In this document: positions 20,650 through 31,108 of the stretch, in pieces
Position numbering within the stretch: position 1 is the first letter of the stretch
Layout of the letters: every line of letters starts with the position of its first letter
Assembly (NCBI GenBank): GCA_051872655.1
Contig: JBJEEB010000033.1
Coordinates: 18,177 to 82,176, forward strand
Source: Bacilli bacterium
GTDB lineage: Bacteria > Bacillota_I > Bacilli_A > RF39 > UBA660
Direction: 5' to 3'
Length of the DNA stretch: 64,000 nt
Program-made: the position numbers and the translations under genes
Notes under the pieces: model-generated
The model's database searches: none
Told to the model about the DNA's origin: nothing
Seen by the model: only the letters and a program-made list of their open reading frames with translations

Positions 20650-20700
20650 AAAAAGAAGTTTTTATTATTAAGTACTTCTACCTAATTTTAAAACTTCTTT
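20650..20700 (-). terminator. probable terminator after the cysteine desulfurase gene
   Basis: Minus-strand AAAGAAGTTTT...AAAACTTCTTT long stem (or inner AGAAGT/ACTTCT) followed by a T-run. Confidence 0.4.
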
Positions 20701-20727
20701 AATCTATCTTTATTATGTATCATTTTT

Positions 20728-21852
20728 TTATTTTTTAAACATTAATTTATTATATATTTTATTAAATTTTTCTATAAATGTTTCTACTTCTTCTAGGGTA
20801 TTTTTATAACTTAGACTTATTCTTATACTACTTTTAGATATTTCTTTATTATGGTAGAGACTATTTACTGCTAGTGAAACATCACTAGTGGAACAAGCAT
20901 TTCTAGTGGATATATATATTTCTTCTTCTTCCATAGCGTGAATGAATGTTTCTGGTTTTATTCCAATTATACTAAAATTAATAATGTATGGAATACTATT
21001 TTCAGTACTATTTATATGTACTTTATCATATTTTTTTAAATTATCTTTAAGTTTATTACTTAAAGCTGTCACATATTTATAGTTATTATCAATGTTAGGA
21101 ATAATTAATTCTAAGGATTTCATAAGACTACATATTAATGGTAATGCTGGTGTTCCACTTCGATAAATAGTTGTACTTTTTCCTCCATGAATTAAATTAT
21201 CTATAGCAATATTTTCTTTTTTTACTAGTATTCCTATTCCTTTGATGCCAAATATTTTATGTGCAGACATACTAAGGAAATCTATATTAGTAAAATCTAC
21301 TTTTATTTTACCAATTGCTTGGGTAGCATCAACATGAAAATAACATTTAGGATATTTTTTTACTATTCTACTTATTGTATCAATATCTTGTTTGATACCT
21401 AATTCACTATCAACATAAGCTATCGATACTAGTATAGTATTATTTGATATTAATTTTTCTAAATCTTCAATATCTATTAAGCCATTTTCTTTTATTTTGA
21501 CATAATCAATGATAAAACCCTTACTTTCTAAATATTTACAAGTTTCTAGTACTGATGAATGTTCAAGTGGTGTTGTAATTATGTGATTACCACGATTTTT
21601 ATATTTTGATGCTACTCCTTTTAATACTGTATTATTTGATTCTGAAGCTCCTGAGGTATAAATTATTTCACCTCTCTTTACTTTTAATAAATTGCTAATT
21701 CTTTCTGTAGCATAATCTTCTAGATCTTTTGATTTAATTCCTAGACTATGTAATGAATTTGAATTTCCCGGATAATTTTTACATACTTTATTAAATGTTT
21801 CTAATACTCTATCATCTACCATAGTAGTAGCACTATTATCAAAATATATCAT
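20728..21852 (-). CDS. cysteine desulfurase (class V aminotransferase, NifS/IscS-like)
   Basis: MIYFDNSATT start, HVDATQAIGK block and PLP-lysine motif SAHKIFGIKGIG. Confidence 0.8.
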   Translation of the reverse strand: MIYFDNSATTMVDDRVLETFNKVCKNYPGNSNSLHSLGIKSKDLEDYATERISNLLKVKRGEIIYTSGASESNNTVLKGVASKYKNRGNHIITTPLEHSSVLETCKYLESKGFIIDYVKIKENGLIDIEDLEKLISNNTILVSIAYVDSELGIKQDIDTISRIVKKYPKCYFHVDATQAIGKIKVDFTNIDFLSMSAHKIFGIKGIGILVKKENIAIDNLIHGGKSTTIYRSGTPALPLICSLMKSLELIIPNIDNNYKYVTALSNKLKDNLKKYDKVHINSTENSIPYIINFSIIGIKPETFIHAMEEEEIYISTRNACSTSDVSLAVNSLYHNKEISKSSIRISLSYKNTLEEVETFIEKFNKIYNKLMFKK

Positions 21853-21859
21853 AATATTA

Positions 21860-21885
21860 TTCCTTCTTTCTCTAGTATTTTATCA
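21860..21885 (-). promoter_or_regulatory. 26-nt extended -10 / 5'UTR module, copy 1 (identical to 33671-33696)
   Basis: Minus-strand TGATAAAATACTAGAGAAAGAAGGAA ends 7 nt before the desulfurase ATG. Contains a TGnTAAAAT extended -10 and an AAGGAA RBS. Confidence 0.55.
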
Positions 21886-22115
21886 CAAATATTAAAATAA
21901 AACTAGAAGTTTTAAAATGTACCACCTTTAGAGTATAAATTTATAAAAAAACTTATGTTAGAATACATCTTCAAAAGAAGCTGTTTTTCTAAAATATAAT
22001 AATTTAAAAGTAATAATATATAAAATAATTGTCTAATATTTATTAAATCTATAATATTTTTTATAATTGTCATCAATACTATGATGATTAGTTAATATAA
22101 AAAGGCTTAAGCATA

Positions 22116-22793
22116 TTATGTCTTCGCTTTTTGCCTTTCTTTCTGTAAATCATATATTATATCAACATTATCTGCCACATTCTTTGAATGTGTAACTATA
22201 ATTATACATTTGTTTTCTTCTTTTGCAAGTTTCTTGAATATTTTTAGTATTTCATCTTCAGTGTCTTTATCTAAGTTACCTGTAGGCTCATCCGCTATTA
22301 TAATATTCGGATTATATGAGAGACTTCTTGCTATAGCAACTCGTTGTTGCTCACCTCCAGATAGTTTTAATACTCTACGACAAGCTAGTTCTTCTTTTAA
22401 ACCAACATTTGCCATAAGTTCTATTGCCTTTTTTTTCTTATCTTTTACTTTTATATTACTAATATCCATCGATAATATTATATTTTCCATTGCTGTCAAG
22501 TGTGGTAAAAGATTATAACTTTGAAAAACTATACCAATATTGGTGTTACGATACTTATCTAAGTCAATAGTTTTTAAGTCTTTATTATCATAAAGTATTT
22601 TACCTTCATATTTAGTTTCTAGTCCACTTATTAAAGATAGTAATGTCGTTTTACCACTTCCACTTTTCCCTCTAATTGCATAAGTTTTTCCAAGTTCAAA
22701 GTCAAAATTAATATTTTTTAATACATAGTTATTTTCCTCAGCATCACTATAACGATAGCTGATATTTTCTAAAATTAATATTTTCTTTTCCAT
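22116..22793 (-). CDS. ABC transporter ATP-binding protein (MacB/FtsE-like)
   Basis: Walker A GKSGSGKTT, signature LSGGEQQRVAIARS, Walker B IIIADEPT. Confidence 0.85.
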   Translation of the reverse strand: MEKKILILENISYRYSDAEENNYVLKNINFDFELGKTYAIRGKSGSGKTTLLSLISGLETKYEGKILYDNKDLKTIDLDKYRNTNIGIVFQSYNLLPHLTAMENIILSMDISNIKVKDKKKKAIELMANVGLKEELACRRVLKLSGGEQQRVAIARSLSYNPNIIIADEPTGNLDKDTEDEILKIFKKLAKEENKCIIIVTHSKNVADNVDIIYDLQKERQKAKT

Positions 22794-24253
22794 TAGCTTC
22801 TCTCCTTTAAAATTGTAAGTGGGGAAAATTTCTGAATGCTAATCATTGATGCTAAAGAACTTATTAATGTTAATAATATTCCTATTATAAATAATTGTCC
22901 TAATACTTTAATATCTACTGCAGCATCGATAGATTTTACTTCTTCTACTACTGCTACACCACTAATATTTTCAAATATTGGCTTTTCTCCTCTACCAAAA
23001 TTTTTATTTATATTATTAGTTTGCTCTTCGGCTTCAGCAATTTCATTTTTTAATAGACTATTAGATACAGGAACACTTATTAATGAACCAATACCTGCTC
23101 CTATAAATAATGCCACTATTGATACTATTAATAATTCAGTCATAAACTGAAGTGTCAAAAGACTTTTCTTCATACCGATTGTCCTTAGAACACCTATTTC
23201 ATATTTTCTTTCACGAATATTAATCATATTGATTACAAATAATACAATACCACCAATTAATAGTGTAATAATTAAAAATGTAGTTGCAAAATTTGATACA
23301 TTTGATATTGTCTTGGTAGATTCTTCTACTTGTTCTAAATTTGTAGAAACACTTAAGTACTCACTAAGTCCTTTCTCTGTTAATTCCTCTTCAAAATCTT
23401 CTATTACTTCTTTATCAGTTAAGATAAAAGTTGGATTGGTATTTACTTTTATACTTCCATTTCCATCAATTAATTTTTGAATTACTGATGTATTAGTAAT
23501 AATAGTATTGACTGAAGTGGTAAACATACCCATAGCATCTGCTGATGTGCTTGTCTCTTCAAATATACCCATAACTGTTAAACTTATAGTATTATTACTA
23601 TTATCAGGATCAACAAAGGTTATTTCACTACCAACTTCAATGTTGTTCAATACTGCAAGTTCACTATTAATAACACAACTATTAGAATCAAGATCGCTTG
23701 ATACTTCTCCTTCTGTTATTGAATACTTACCACTTATAAATTCTTCCATTCCTAAAGTATTGGAATATCCTATTAATGTAAAATCACTATTTGATATGTT
23801 TTGAAAATCTTGTTTACCACTAAAGCCATGATTTTGACTAATACTATCATCACTTCCACTAGCGGGTTCTAATACTAGTGAATTAACACCAACACTTTCT
23901 TGATAGTAATAATTTTTTACATATTCACTATCACCATAATTATCAATATCACTTATAGTAAGGTTACTGATTGAGGAAAATATATTATTCATGTTTTCCT
24001 TGCTTGCTTCTTTTTCTTCTTCAGTAGCATTCTTGTCCATTTTCATTTCACCACGCATTGATTCTCTGTTTATTCCTATTGTAGCAGTAATATCATATTG
24101 ATTCTGATATGACTCTATTAATGAACTGGCGGAATTTCTTATTGCTAATGTTACTGCAGTTGCACAGGATATTACAATAATAATAATTCCTATCAATAGG
24201 TTTCTTCCTTTACTTCTCGTAATTGAAATAATAGCATTTTTGATTATATACAT
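22793..24253 (-). CDS. ABC transporter permease, FtsX/MacB-type with large extracytoplasmic domain
   Basis: TM1, then roughly 300 aa of soluble loop, then three C-terminal TMs. Overlaps the ATPase gene start by 1 nt. Confidence 0.75.
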   Translation of the reverse strand: MYIIKNAIISITRSKGRNLLIGIIIIVISCATAVTLAIRNSASSLIESYQNQYDITATIGINRESMRGEMKMDKNATEEEKEASKENMNNIFSSISNLTISDIDNYGDSEYVKNYYYQESVGVNSLVLEPASGSDDSISQNHGFSGKQDFQNISNSDFTLIGYSNTLGMEEFISGKYSITEGEVSSDLDSNSCVINSELAVLNNIEVGSEITFVDPDNSNNTISLTVMGIFEETSTSADAMGMFTTSVNTIITNTSVIQKLIDGNGSIKVNTNPTFILTDKEVIEDFEEELTEKGLSEYLSVSTNLEQVEESTKTISNVSNFATTFLIITLLIGGIVLFVINMINIRERKYEIGVLRTIGMKKSLLTLQFMTELLIVSIVALFIGAGIGSLISVPVSNSLLKNEIAEAEEQTNNINKNFGRGEKPIFENISGVAVVEEVKSIDAAVDIKVLGQLFIIGILLTLISSLASMISIQKFSPLTILKERS

Positions 24254-24333
24254 ATAATCTCCTCCTTTTCTAGCTACAAGAACTATTTTAAAGATAAAAC
24301 ATTAAAATAATATTAAAAAAACAGATTATTTTT

Positions 24334-25584
24334 TTAAATCTGTTTAAATATTATTCTGAATGTTGTATATCCATCTTTAGATACTGCTGCAATTTTACCA
24401 TTATGATTTAGAACAATACTCTTAGCTATAGCCAATCCAAGACCATATCTATTTTCATTTCTATTTCTGGATTTATCAACACGATAAAATCTTTCAAATA
24501 TTTTTTCTTCTTCTCCTTTTGGTATAGGTTCTCCTTTATTTATAACTTCTAGAATAATTTCATTTTTATTTTTTCTTAAATTAATAGTAATTTCCCCATC
24601 TTGCTGACTATGTTTAATAGCATTATCTAAAAGTATAGACATTAATTCTTTTATTTTATTTTCGTCGCAGATCAAGCTTAAGTCTTTTGAAATATTATAA
24701 TATAGTGATATATTATTTTCATATACTAAACTTTCAAATGTTAAAACGGACATTTCTACTATTTTTGATAAGTTATTTAAAGAATGTTCTTCTTTTCTAG
24801 TACCATCTTCTAATTTAGCTAGATCAAGTAGTTCTGATATTAGTTTATTCATTCTTTCTGATTCTAATTTGATATTATTTAGCCATTTCTTTTGACTCAT
24901 ATCTTCCTCTAAAGCTTCTGCACTAGCTACTATCACTGATAATGGAGTTTTTAACTCATGAGAGGCATCTGCAATAAATTGTTTTTGCTTATTAAAGCTT
25001 TCATAAATAGGTTTTATCATCCAATTAGTAAGATTTCTAGCAATTAAAATAATAATCATTTCTAGTAACATGAAAATAATAAGTGAAGTTATAAGAGAGG
25101 TTAATAAGGTTTCTTTAACTATAGTATTATCTATAATGGTTAAATTATTTCCTTCTATATAAAAATAGGAATAGTTTTCAAAATATAAATTACCTATTTT
25201 TATATTTTCAATTTTTTTGCTATTTAATATATCTTGAGATACTTCTTTAATTTTTTCTTCATCAATTTCATTTTCATTATGACTAATTATATCTATTATA
25301 TTATCATCTTTATCTAACAATACTGTATAAACTGTTAAATCCATAAATATTCTATACTCAAGTTCTTCTTTTCTTTGACTAACATTAGCCAAGTTAGATT
25401 CTTCTAAAGTTCCCGGTTTTTTTCTATCTTTTTCAAAAACGGTATTTATTCTAGTTAGACTATTTTGAATATTATCTTTTTCTTTTTGATAATCCTGATA
25501 ATTAAATATAAATAATAGAATTATTAAAAATAAGGATAATATAGAAAATAAAGTCCAAAATATTTTTTTCTTTAGTTTTTTCAT
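24334..25584 (-). CDS. sensor histidine kinase
   Basis: Two TMs; H-box FIADASHELKTPLS; N-box LDNAIKHS; G-boxes NKGEPI and GLGLAIAK. Confidence 0.85.
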   Translation of the reverse strand: MKKLKKKIFWTLFSILSLFLIILLFIFNYQDYQKEKDNIQNSLTRINTVFEKDRKKPGTLEESNLANVSQRKEELEYRIFMDLTVYTVLLDKDDNIIDIISHNENEIDEEKIKEVSQDILNSKKIENIKIGNLYFENYSYFYIEGNNLTIIDNTIVKETLLTSLITSLIIFMLLEMIIILIARNLTNWMIKPIYESFNKQKQFIADASHELKTPLSVIVASAEALEEDMSQKKWLNNIKLESERMNKLISELLDLAKLEDGTRKEEHSLNNLSKIVEMSVLTFESLVYENNISLYYNISKDLSLICDENKIKELMSILLDNAIKHSQQDGEITINLRKNKNEIILEVINKGEPIPKGEEEKIFERFYRVDKSRNRNENRYGLGLAIAKSIVLNHNGKIAAVSKDGYTTFRIIFKQI

Positions 25585-26276
25585 TATTTTACCTCTAATT
25601 TATATCCCAAACCTCTAATAGCTTTAATATTTACTTCTGAACCTATAATTTTTATTTTTTTTCTAATAAAAGACAGATAAGCTTCTAAATTATTTGATTC
25701 TAATTCTTTGTCAATCCCCCAAATTTTATCATATATTTGTTCTTTAGAAATAATTTGACTTTTATTGAGCATCAAGTATTCTAATATTAGGTATTCTTTA
25801 TAACTTATGCAAATAGAATCTCCAGTTTTTGTACACTGCAAATTAAAATTTTTCATATTGAGTTTTAAATCTCCAAACTCAATGTAATCTTTATTTTCTT
25901 TTACATCTTTTTTTCTAAGCTGAACATTAATTCTAGCTACTAATTCTTCCAAATGAAAAGGTTTTGTTAAATAATCATCTGCTCCTATTTCAAAGCCATT
26001 TAATTTATCTTCTAATTGCGATTTGGCAGTTAGCATAATAACTTTTGTATCAATATTTTTATTTCTTATTTCTTTTAATATTTCAAAACCATTAAGTTTA
26101 GGAAGCATTATATCTAGAATAATAAGATTATAAATTCCTGTAAGAGCGTAATCTAATCCCTCTTCACCATTATTAGAAATATCTACACTATATCTTTCCT
26201 TTCTAAGTCTACTGGCAATAATATCTGCCAAACTATATTCGTCTTCAACTATTAATATTCTCAAATGTATCACCAA
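25584..26276 (-). CDS. OmpR-family response regulator
   Basis: REC domain (ILIVEDE...LDIMLP...LTAK) plus a winged-helix output (IRGLGYKL). The real start may be the TTG at 26267. Confidence 0.85.
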   Translation of the reverse strand: MVIHLRILIVEDEYSLADIIASRLRKERYSVDISNNGEEGLDYALTGIYNLIILDIMLPKLNGFEILKEIRNKNIDTKVIMLTAKSQLEDKLNGFEIGADDYLTKPFHLEELVARINVQLRKKDVKENKDYIEFGDLKLNMKNFNLQCTKTGDSICISYKEYLILEYLMLNKSQIISKEQIYDKIWGIDKELESNNLEAYLSFIRKKIKIIGSEVNIKAIRGLGYKLEVK

Positions 26277-26597
26277 CTAAATTATATTTTTATATTATTA
26301 AAATTAAATTAAAATTTTTCTAGTTTAAATATCAGAAAGTATTTTTTATCATTTTCCAATCTTTTTTAATCTAATTTTTGAAAATACTTACTTGTCTTTT
26401 CAATATAATAATATCATTTTTTTCAATTATTTTCTATAATTTTATTAATTTATTTTTAATAATATTTTTTTGAAATTTATAATATTACTTAATACATTTT
26501 GAGAATATTTATTATTAAAAATAGAAATAATATTATACTTAATTTTCATAATTCACTAATATATATTATATTAATTATTATTAAATTTAGGACTGAT

Positions 26598-26622
26598 AAA
26601 AAAGGATCGTTGATCCTTTTTT
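26598..26622. terminator. bidirectional intrinsic terminator
   Basis: AAAAAAGGATC-GTT-GATCCTTTTTT, about 140 nt downstream of the ABC exporter operon stop. Confidence 0.7.
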
Positions 26623-26760
26623 ATTGGTTGTATCTAAATCAATGTTGTCAATATATATTTTTTATGAATTCATCTACAATAATTTTATTAAGTTTTTTAA
26701 ATCGTTATTATATTGAGAAGAAAATAAATAAAATTGTTTATGGTTATAATAGAGTGAATA

Positions 26761-29121
26761 CTATTTTAAACTTTCAAATTGAGAATTATATAGACTAGCA
26801 TAGAAGCCATTTTCTTTCATAAGTTTATCATGATTACCTGTTTCAATAATATTACCATCTTTCATAACTAATATTAAATCAGCATTACGTATAGTAGATA
26901 ATCTGTGTGCTATTATAAATGAAGTTTTATTTTCCATTAATTTATCCATAGCTTTTTGTACTAATTCTTCTGTTCTAGTATCTACATTAGATGTAGCTTC
27001 ATCTAATATTAGGAATGGTGCATCATTAATCATGCCTCTGGCAATAGTAAGTAGTTGTCTTTGACCTGCTGATATAGAATCTGTATCTGTTATTAAACTA
27101 TCATATCCATTAGGTAATGTTTTAATAAAGTGATCTACTCCTACTACTTCACATACTTCTTTTACTTTTTTATCACTAATATTTTTTCTATTATAAACTA
27201 TATTTTCTTTTACTGTACCATTAAATAACCAAGTATCTTGAAGTACCATGGTAAATAAGTCATGAATGTTTTCTCTGGTTAAATCTTTTATGGATACTCC
27301 ATCTATTTTTATATCCCCAGAGTTTATTTCATAAAACTTCATAAGTAAATTTACCATTGTTGTCTTTCCTGCTCCAGTAGGACCTACAATAGCTATCTTT
27401 TGACCAGGCTTAGCAGTAGCAGTAAAATCTTTTATTATTATCTTATCTTCATCATAACCAAACTTAACATTTTTAAATTCAATCTTTCCTTTTACTTTAT
27501 CTTTATTTAACTTCTCAGTAAGATTATTTTCTTTAGTCATTTCTTTTTCTTCTAGGAAAGCAAATACTCTTTCAGATGCAGCTGCGGTAGTTTGTAGTGA
27601 TGTCATAGACTGAGCTATTTGTGATAATGGATTAGTAAATAATCTTACATACATAATAAAGGCTACTATTACACCAAATGATATAATATCATTTGATACT
27701 AGAAGTGTTCCTACTATACATACTGCAACATAACCAAAGTTACCAACAAAGCCCATTATTGGTTGCATTAATCCAGATAAGAATTGACTTTTTTTATTAC
27801 AATCATATAATTTCTTATTTAATTTATCAAATTCTTTGGTAGATTCGTCTTTACCATTACATGTTTTAACAACATTTAATCCAGAATATATTTCTTCAAT
27901 ATATCCATTTAAATTTCCTAGTTCTACTTGTCTCTTTGTAAAATATTTTTGTGATTTATTTAATATCATAAACATTAGAACAAATCCTATTAAACTAGCT
28001 ACAATTGCTGTAATAGCTAATATATAATTAGTTACAAACATCATAATAATTGAACCTATAAATAAGGTGATTGAAGCTACTAGTGTTGATAAACTTTGAT
28101 TTAGTGATTGGGCAATTGTATCAACATCATTTGTTACTCTAGATAAGATATCTCCTGATAAATTATGATCAAAAAATTTAAGTGGTAATTTATTTATTTT
28201 TAATGATATTTTATTTCTTAGTTTTCTAGCATAATTATTGGCTACTTTTACCATAAATAATCCTTCAAGATAATTAAATAATGCACTTATAATATAAATT
28301 GTAATTAGTATTATAGCCATCTTTGTAATTTTATTCATATTCATCTTTGGATTAATTAATTTTTGAATACTATCAGGAAGAGTTTCTACTACTTTGTATA
28401 TATCATTTGCTGAAGAATCTTCTTTTAAAGTAGACATTTTACTTATAAACTGTACTTTATCTTCAGTAGTTATATTTATATTATCGATTACCGAATCTGG
28501 AAATAATATAGTATTTATACTACTTGGAATATTATTTATAAATGAATAATCAGTACTTTCTTTATTATAACTAGATAAAGATTTTAGTAATGTTATTTTA
28601 TCTTCTTTAGTTATTAATATATTATTATAATTGGAGTCTTCAAGTAAGATATTTAATACTGATTCAGGTAAAATACTAATTGAATTAATTATATTATTTT
28701 TATCAATATTCTTTATTATATCATTAAATAGCATTTTATCTTCAGAAGATATGTTTGAAGTATTTACTTTATAGATAGTACTTTCATCAATATTTAAATT
28801 AAGCATATTTTTAGCAAGTTCAGGAAAAGTTTCTTCATTTAAATTAGTGGATAAATCATTTTTTAGCTTTTCCATATTTTCTGTATTAATAGTTAATCCA
28901 TTAGATATTTCATCTGTTAAATCAGATAATCTATTAGGAGAAACTAAAGATAGTATTGCAGATAAACCCGCTAGTAAGAGAGAGGTTATTATTAATACTT
29001 TGAAGCCATTTAAACTTTTGAATAATTTTGATAGTGCTTCTCCAAAATTTTTTGGTTTCTCTACAGATTTCATTGGTCCATGATTTCTTGGAGGATGATT
29101 TCTTTTTTCTTCGTTATGCAT
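26761..29121 (-). CDS. heterodimeric ABC exporter subunit (consensus NBD) with about 200-aa extracytoplasmic insert
   Basis: Walker A GPTGAGKTT, signature ISAGQRQ, Walker B FLILDEATS, H-loop IIAHRLS. Long Asn/Ser/Ile-rich loop between TM1 and TM2. Confidence 0.85.
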   Translation of the reverse strand: MHNEEKRNHPPRNHGPMKSVEKPKNFGEALSKLFKSLNGFKVLIITSLLLAGLSAILSLVSPNRLSDLTDEISNGLTINTENMEKLKNDLSTNLNEETFPELAKNMLNLNIDESTIYKVNTSNISSEDKMLFNDIIKNIDKNNIINSISILPESVLNILLEDSNYNNILITKEDKITLLKSLSSYNKESTDYSFINNIPSSINTILFPDSVIDNINITTEDKVQFISKMSTLKEDSSANDIYKVVETLPDSIQKLINPKMNMNKITKMAIILITIYIISALFNYLEGLFMVKVANNYARKLRNKISLKINKLPLKFFDHNLSGDILSRVTNDVDTIAQSLNQSLSTLVASITLFIGSIIMMFVTNYILAITAIVASLIGFVLMFMILNKSQKYFTKRQVELGNLNGYIEEIYSGLNVVKTCNGKDESTKEFDKLNKKLYDCNKKSQFLSGLMQPIMGFVGNFGYVAVCIVGTLLVSNDIISFGVIVAFIMYVRLFTNPLSQIAQSMTSLQTTAAASERVFAFLEEKEMTKENNLTEKLNKDKVKGKIEFKNVKFGYDEDKIIIKDFTATAKPGQKIAIVGPTGAGKTTMVNLLMKFYEINSGDIKIDGVSIKDLTRENIHDLFTMVLQDTWLFNGTVKENIVYNRKNISDKKVKEVCEVVGVDHFIKTLPNGYDSLITDTDSISAGQRQLLTIARGMINDAPFLILDEATSNVDTRTEELVQKAMDKLMENKTSFIIAHRLSTIRNADLILVMKDGNIIETGNHDKLMKENGFYASLYNSQFESLK

Positions 29122-30877
29122 TTTCTAATTCCTCCTTTGTTACCTGTGATAAAGCTATTTCTTTATATACTTTACAATTCTTCATAAGTTCACTATGAGT
29201 ACCTACGCCAACACATTTCCCTTTATCTAAGACTATTATTTTATCAGCATGCATAATAGTTCCTATTCTTTGAGCTACAATTAAACTAGTAGCATTTTTA
29301 GTGTATCTTTTTAATTCTTTTCTTAGTACTGAATCAGTCTTATAGTCTAAAGCACTAAATGAATCATCAAAAATATATATTTCAGGATTTCTAGCTATTG
29401 TTCTTGCAATAGATAGTCTTTGTTTTTGTCCTCCTGATACATTAGTACCCCCTTGAGCTATATGTGAGTTTTCTTTTTTATCTAATTTTGATACAAATTC
29501 ATATGCTTGAGATACTTTTAATGCATCGTCTATTTTTTTCTTATCTGGCTTACCTATAATACTCTTGCCATAGGTAATATTTGATTGTACTGTACCAGAA
29601 AACATAACTGCTTTTTGTGGCACATATCCTACAATATTATGTAAATATTCTTCTTCATAATCTTTAACATTAATACCATTTATTAGTATTTCTCCATCAG
29701 TAACATCATAAAATCTTGGTATTAAATTTATTAATGTTGATTTACCAGAGCCTGTTGATCCTATAAAGGCTACTGTTTCTCCTTCTTTAGCTGTAAATGA
29801 AATATCCTCTAGAATGTATTCATCAGCATCTGGATATTTAAATGATACATTTTTAAATTCTACTGTACCTTTTAATCCTGTTTTATTCTTAGCAATATTT
29901 CCTTCTTTAATTGTTGTATTGGTATCTAATACTTCATTTATTCTTTTTGCGGATACATTAGCACGGGGAACCATCATAAATATCATAGCAAGCATTAAGA
30001 AAGATATAATAACTTGCATAGCGTATGATGAAAAGACAATCATATCTCCAAATAAAACTATCTTTTCACTCATTAGAGCATTATTTATTAAAATTGCTCC
30101 TATAAAATAAATGGAAAGTGTTAGGGAGTGCATTACAATATTCATTATAGGACTTAATATATTAAAGGCCTTTTGATTAAATAATTGATTATTAGTTAGA
30201 TCATTGTTTACTTTATTAAATTTATCTTCCTGATATTTTTCAGCATTGAATGCTCTAACTACTCTAATACCAGTTATATTTTCTCTAGTTACTGAATTTA
30301 ACTTATCGATAAGTCCTTGAACTATTTTAAATCTAGGCATAACTATAATCATTAAAATTGTAATTGTTGTAATTAGGATTAATACCGCTACTGCTGTTGC
30401 CATACTCCATTCTAGGCTTTTTCCTAGTATTTTAGTAACAGCCCATACTGCAGTGATTGGTGCTTTTATCATTAGCTGAAGTCCCATAGCTATTAACATT
30501 TCTAACTGAGTTATATCATTAGTAGTTCTAGTTATTAGACTACTAGTAGAAAAATTCTTTATTTTACTTGTATCTAGATTAATTACTTTTTTAAAGATAC
30601 TTTCTCTTATATTGAATGAAAATGATGCTGCTATATTAGATATAAAATATCCTACTATCACGGCACTACATAAACTACCTAAAGCACATAAAAGCATATA
30701 AGATCCTTCACGTAAGATATCTTTTATATCTGCACCTTTAGTTTGAACTAACTGTGTAATGTTGGACATATAATCAGGCATTTTTAATTCTAACCATACT
30801 TGGAATACTATTAAAATTATACTTATAAATACAAATAGCCAATCTTTTTTAGTTAATTTTTTTAATAATTTAATCAT
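29114..30877 (-). CDS. heterodimeric ABC exporter subunit (degenerate NBD site)
   Basis: Walker A GSTGSGKST, signature VSGGQKQ. Walker B is IYIFDDSFS (Asp instead of the catalytic Glu) and the H-loop is IVAQRIG (Gln instead of His). Confidence 0.85.
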   Translation of the reverse strand: MIKLLKKLTKKDWLFVFISIILIVFQVWLELKMPDYMSNITQLVQTKGADIKDILREGSYMLLCALGSLCSAVIVGYFISNIAASFSFNIRESIFKKVINLDTSKIKNFSTSSLITRTTNDITQLEMLIAMGLQLMIKAPITAVWAVTKILGKSLEWSMATAVAVLILITTITILMIIVMPRFKIVQGLIDKLNSVTRENITGIRVVRAFNAEKYQEDKFNKVNNDLTNNQLFNQKAFNILSPIMNIVMHSLTLSIYFIGAILINNALMSEKIVLFGDMIVFSSYAMQVIISFLMLAMIFMMVPRANVSAKRINEVLDTNTTIKEGNIAKNKTGLKGTVEFKNVSFKYPDADEYILEDISFTAKEGETVAFIGSTGSGKSTLINLIPRFYDVTDGEILINGINVKDYEEEYLHNIVGYVPQKAVMFSGTVQSNITYGKSIIGKPDKKKIDDALKVSQAYEFVSKLDKKENSHIAQGGTNVSGGQKQRLSIARTIARNPEIYIFDDSFSALDYKTDSVLRKELKRYTKNATSLIVAQRIGTIMHADKIIVLDKGKCVGVGTHSELMKNCKVYKEIALSQVTKEELENA

Positions 30878-31108
30878 TTTTACCTCCGATTTTATAATAT
30901 GTATTTAAACATAAATCTTGACTATATGAATTATAGCATTAGACTTTTTCTATGTCAATTGATTTACACAATTTCCCATAAATAATATATATGATATTTT
31001 CTTATTAACTTAATGTTAATTTTCGACTTTTTTTTACATTTGTATTGTAATTTTCTTTATTTTATTTTATACTGGATATAGTTAAAGTAGAAGTGGAGTG
31101 ATAATTAT

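Noticed and set aside
22102-22137. AAAGGC...GCCTTT inverted repeat at the ABC ATPase stop as a fourth twin-hairpin copy
   Set aside because: It is a single weak 6-bp stem, largely inside the coding sequence, and lacks the conserved loop core of the family.
26499-26798. 99-aa plus-strand ORF in the 480-nt AT-rich spacer
   Set aside because: It runs straight through the bidirectional terminator at 26598-26622 and into the ABC gene 3' end. It is low-complexity with no RBS.
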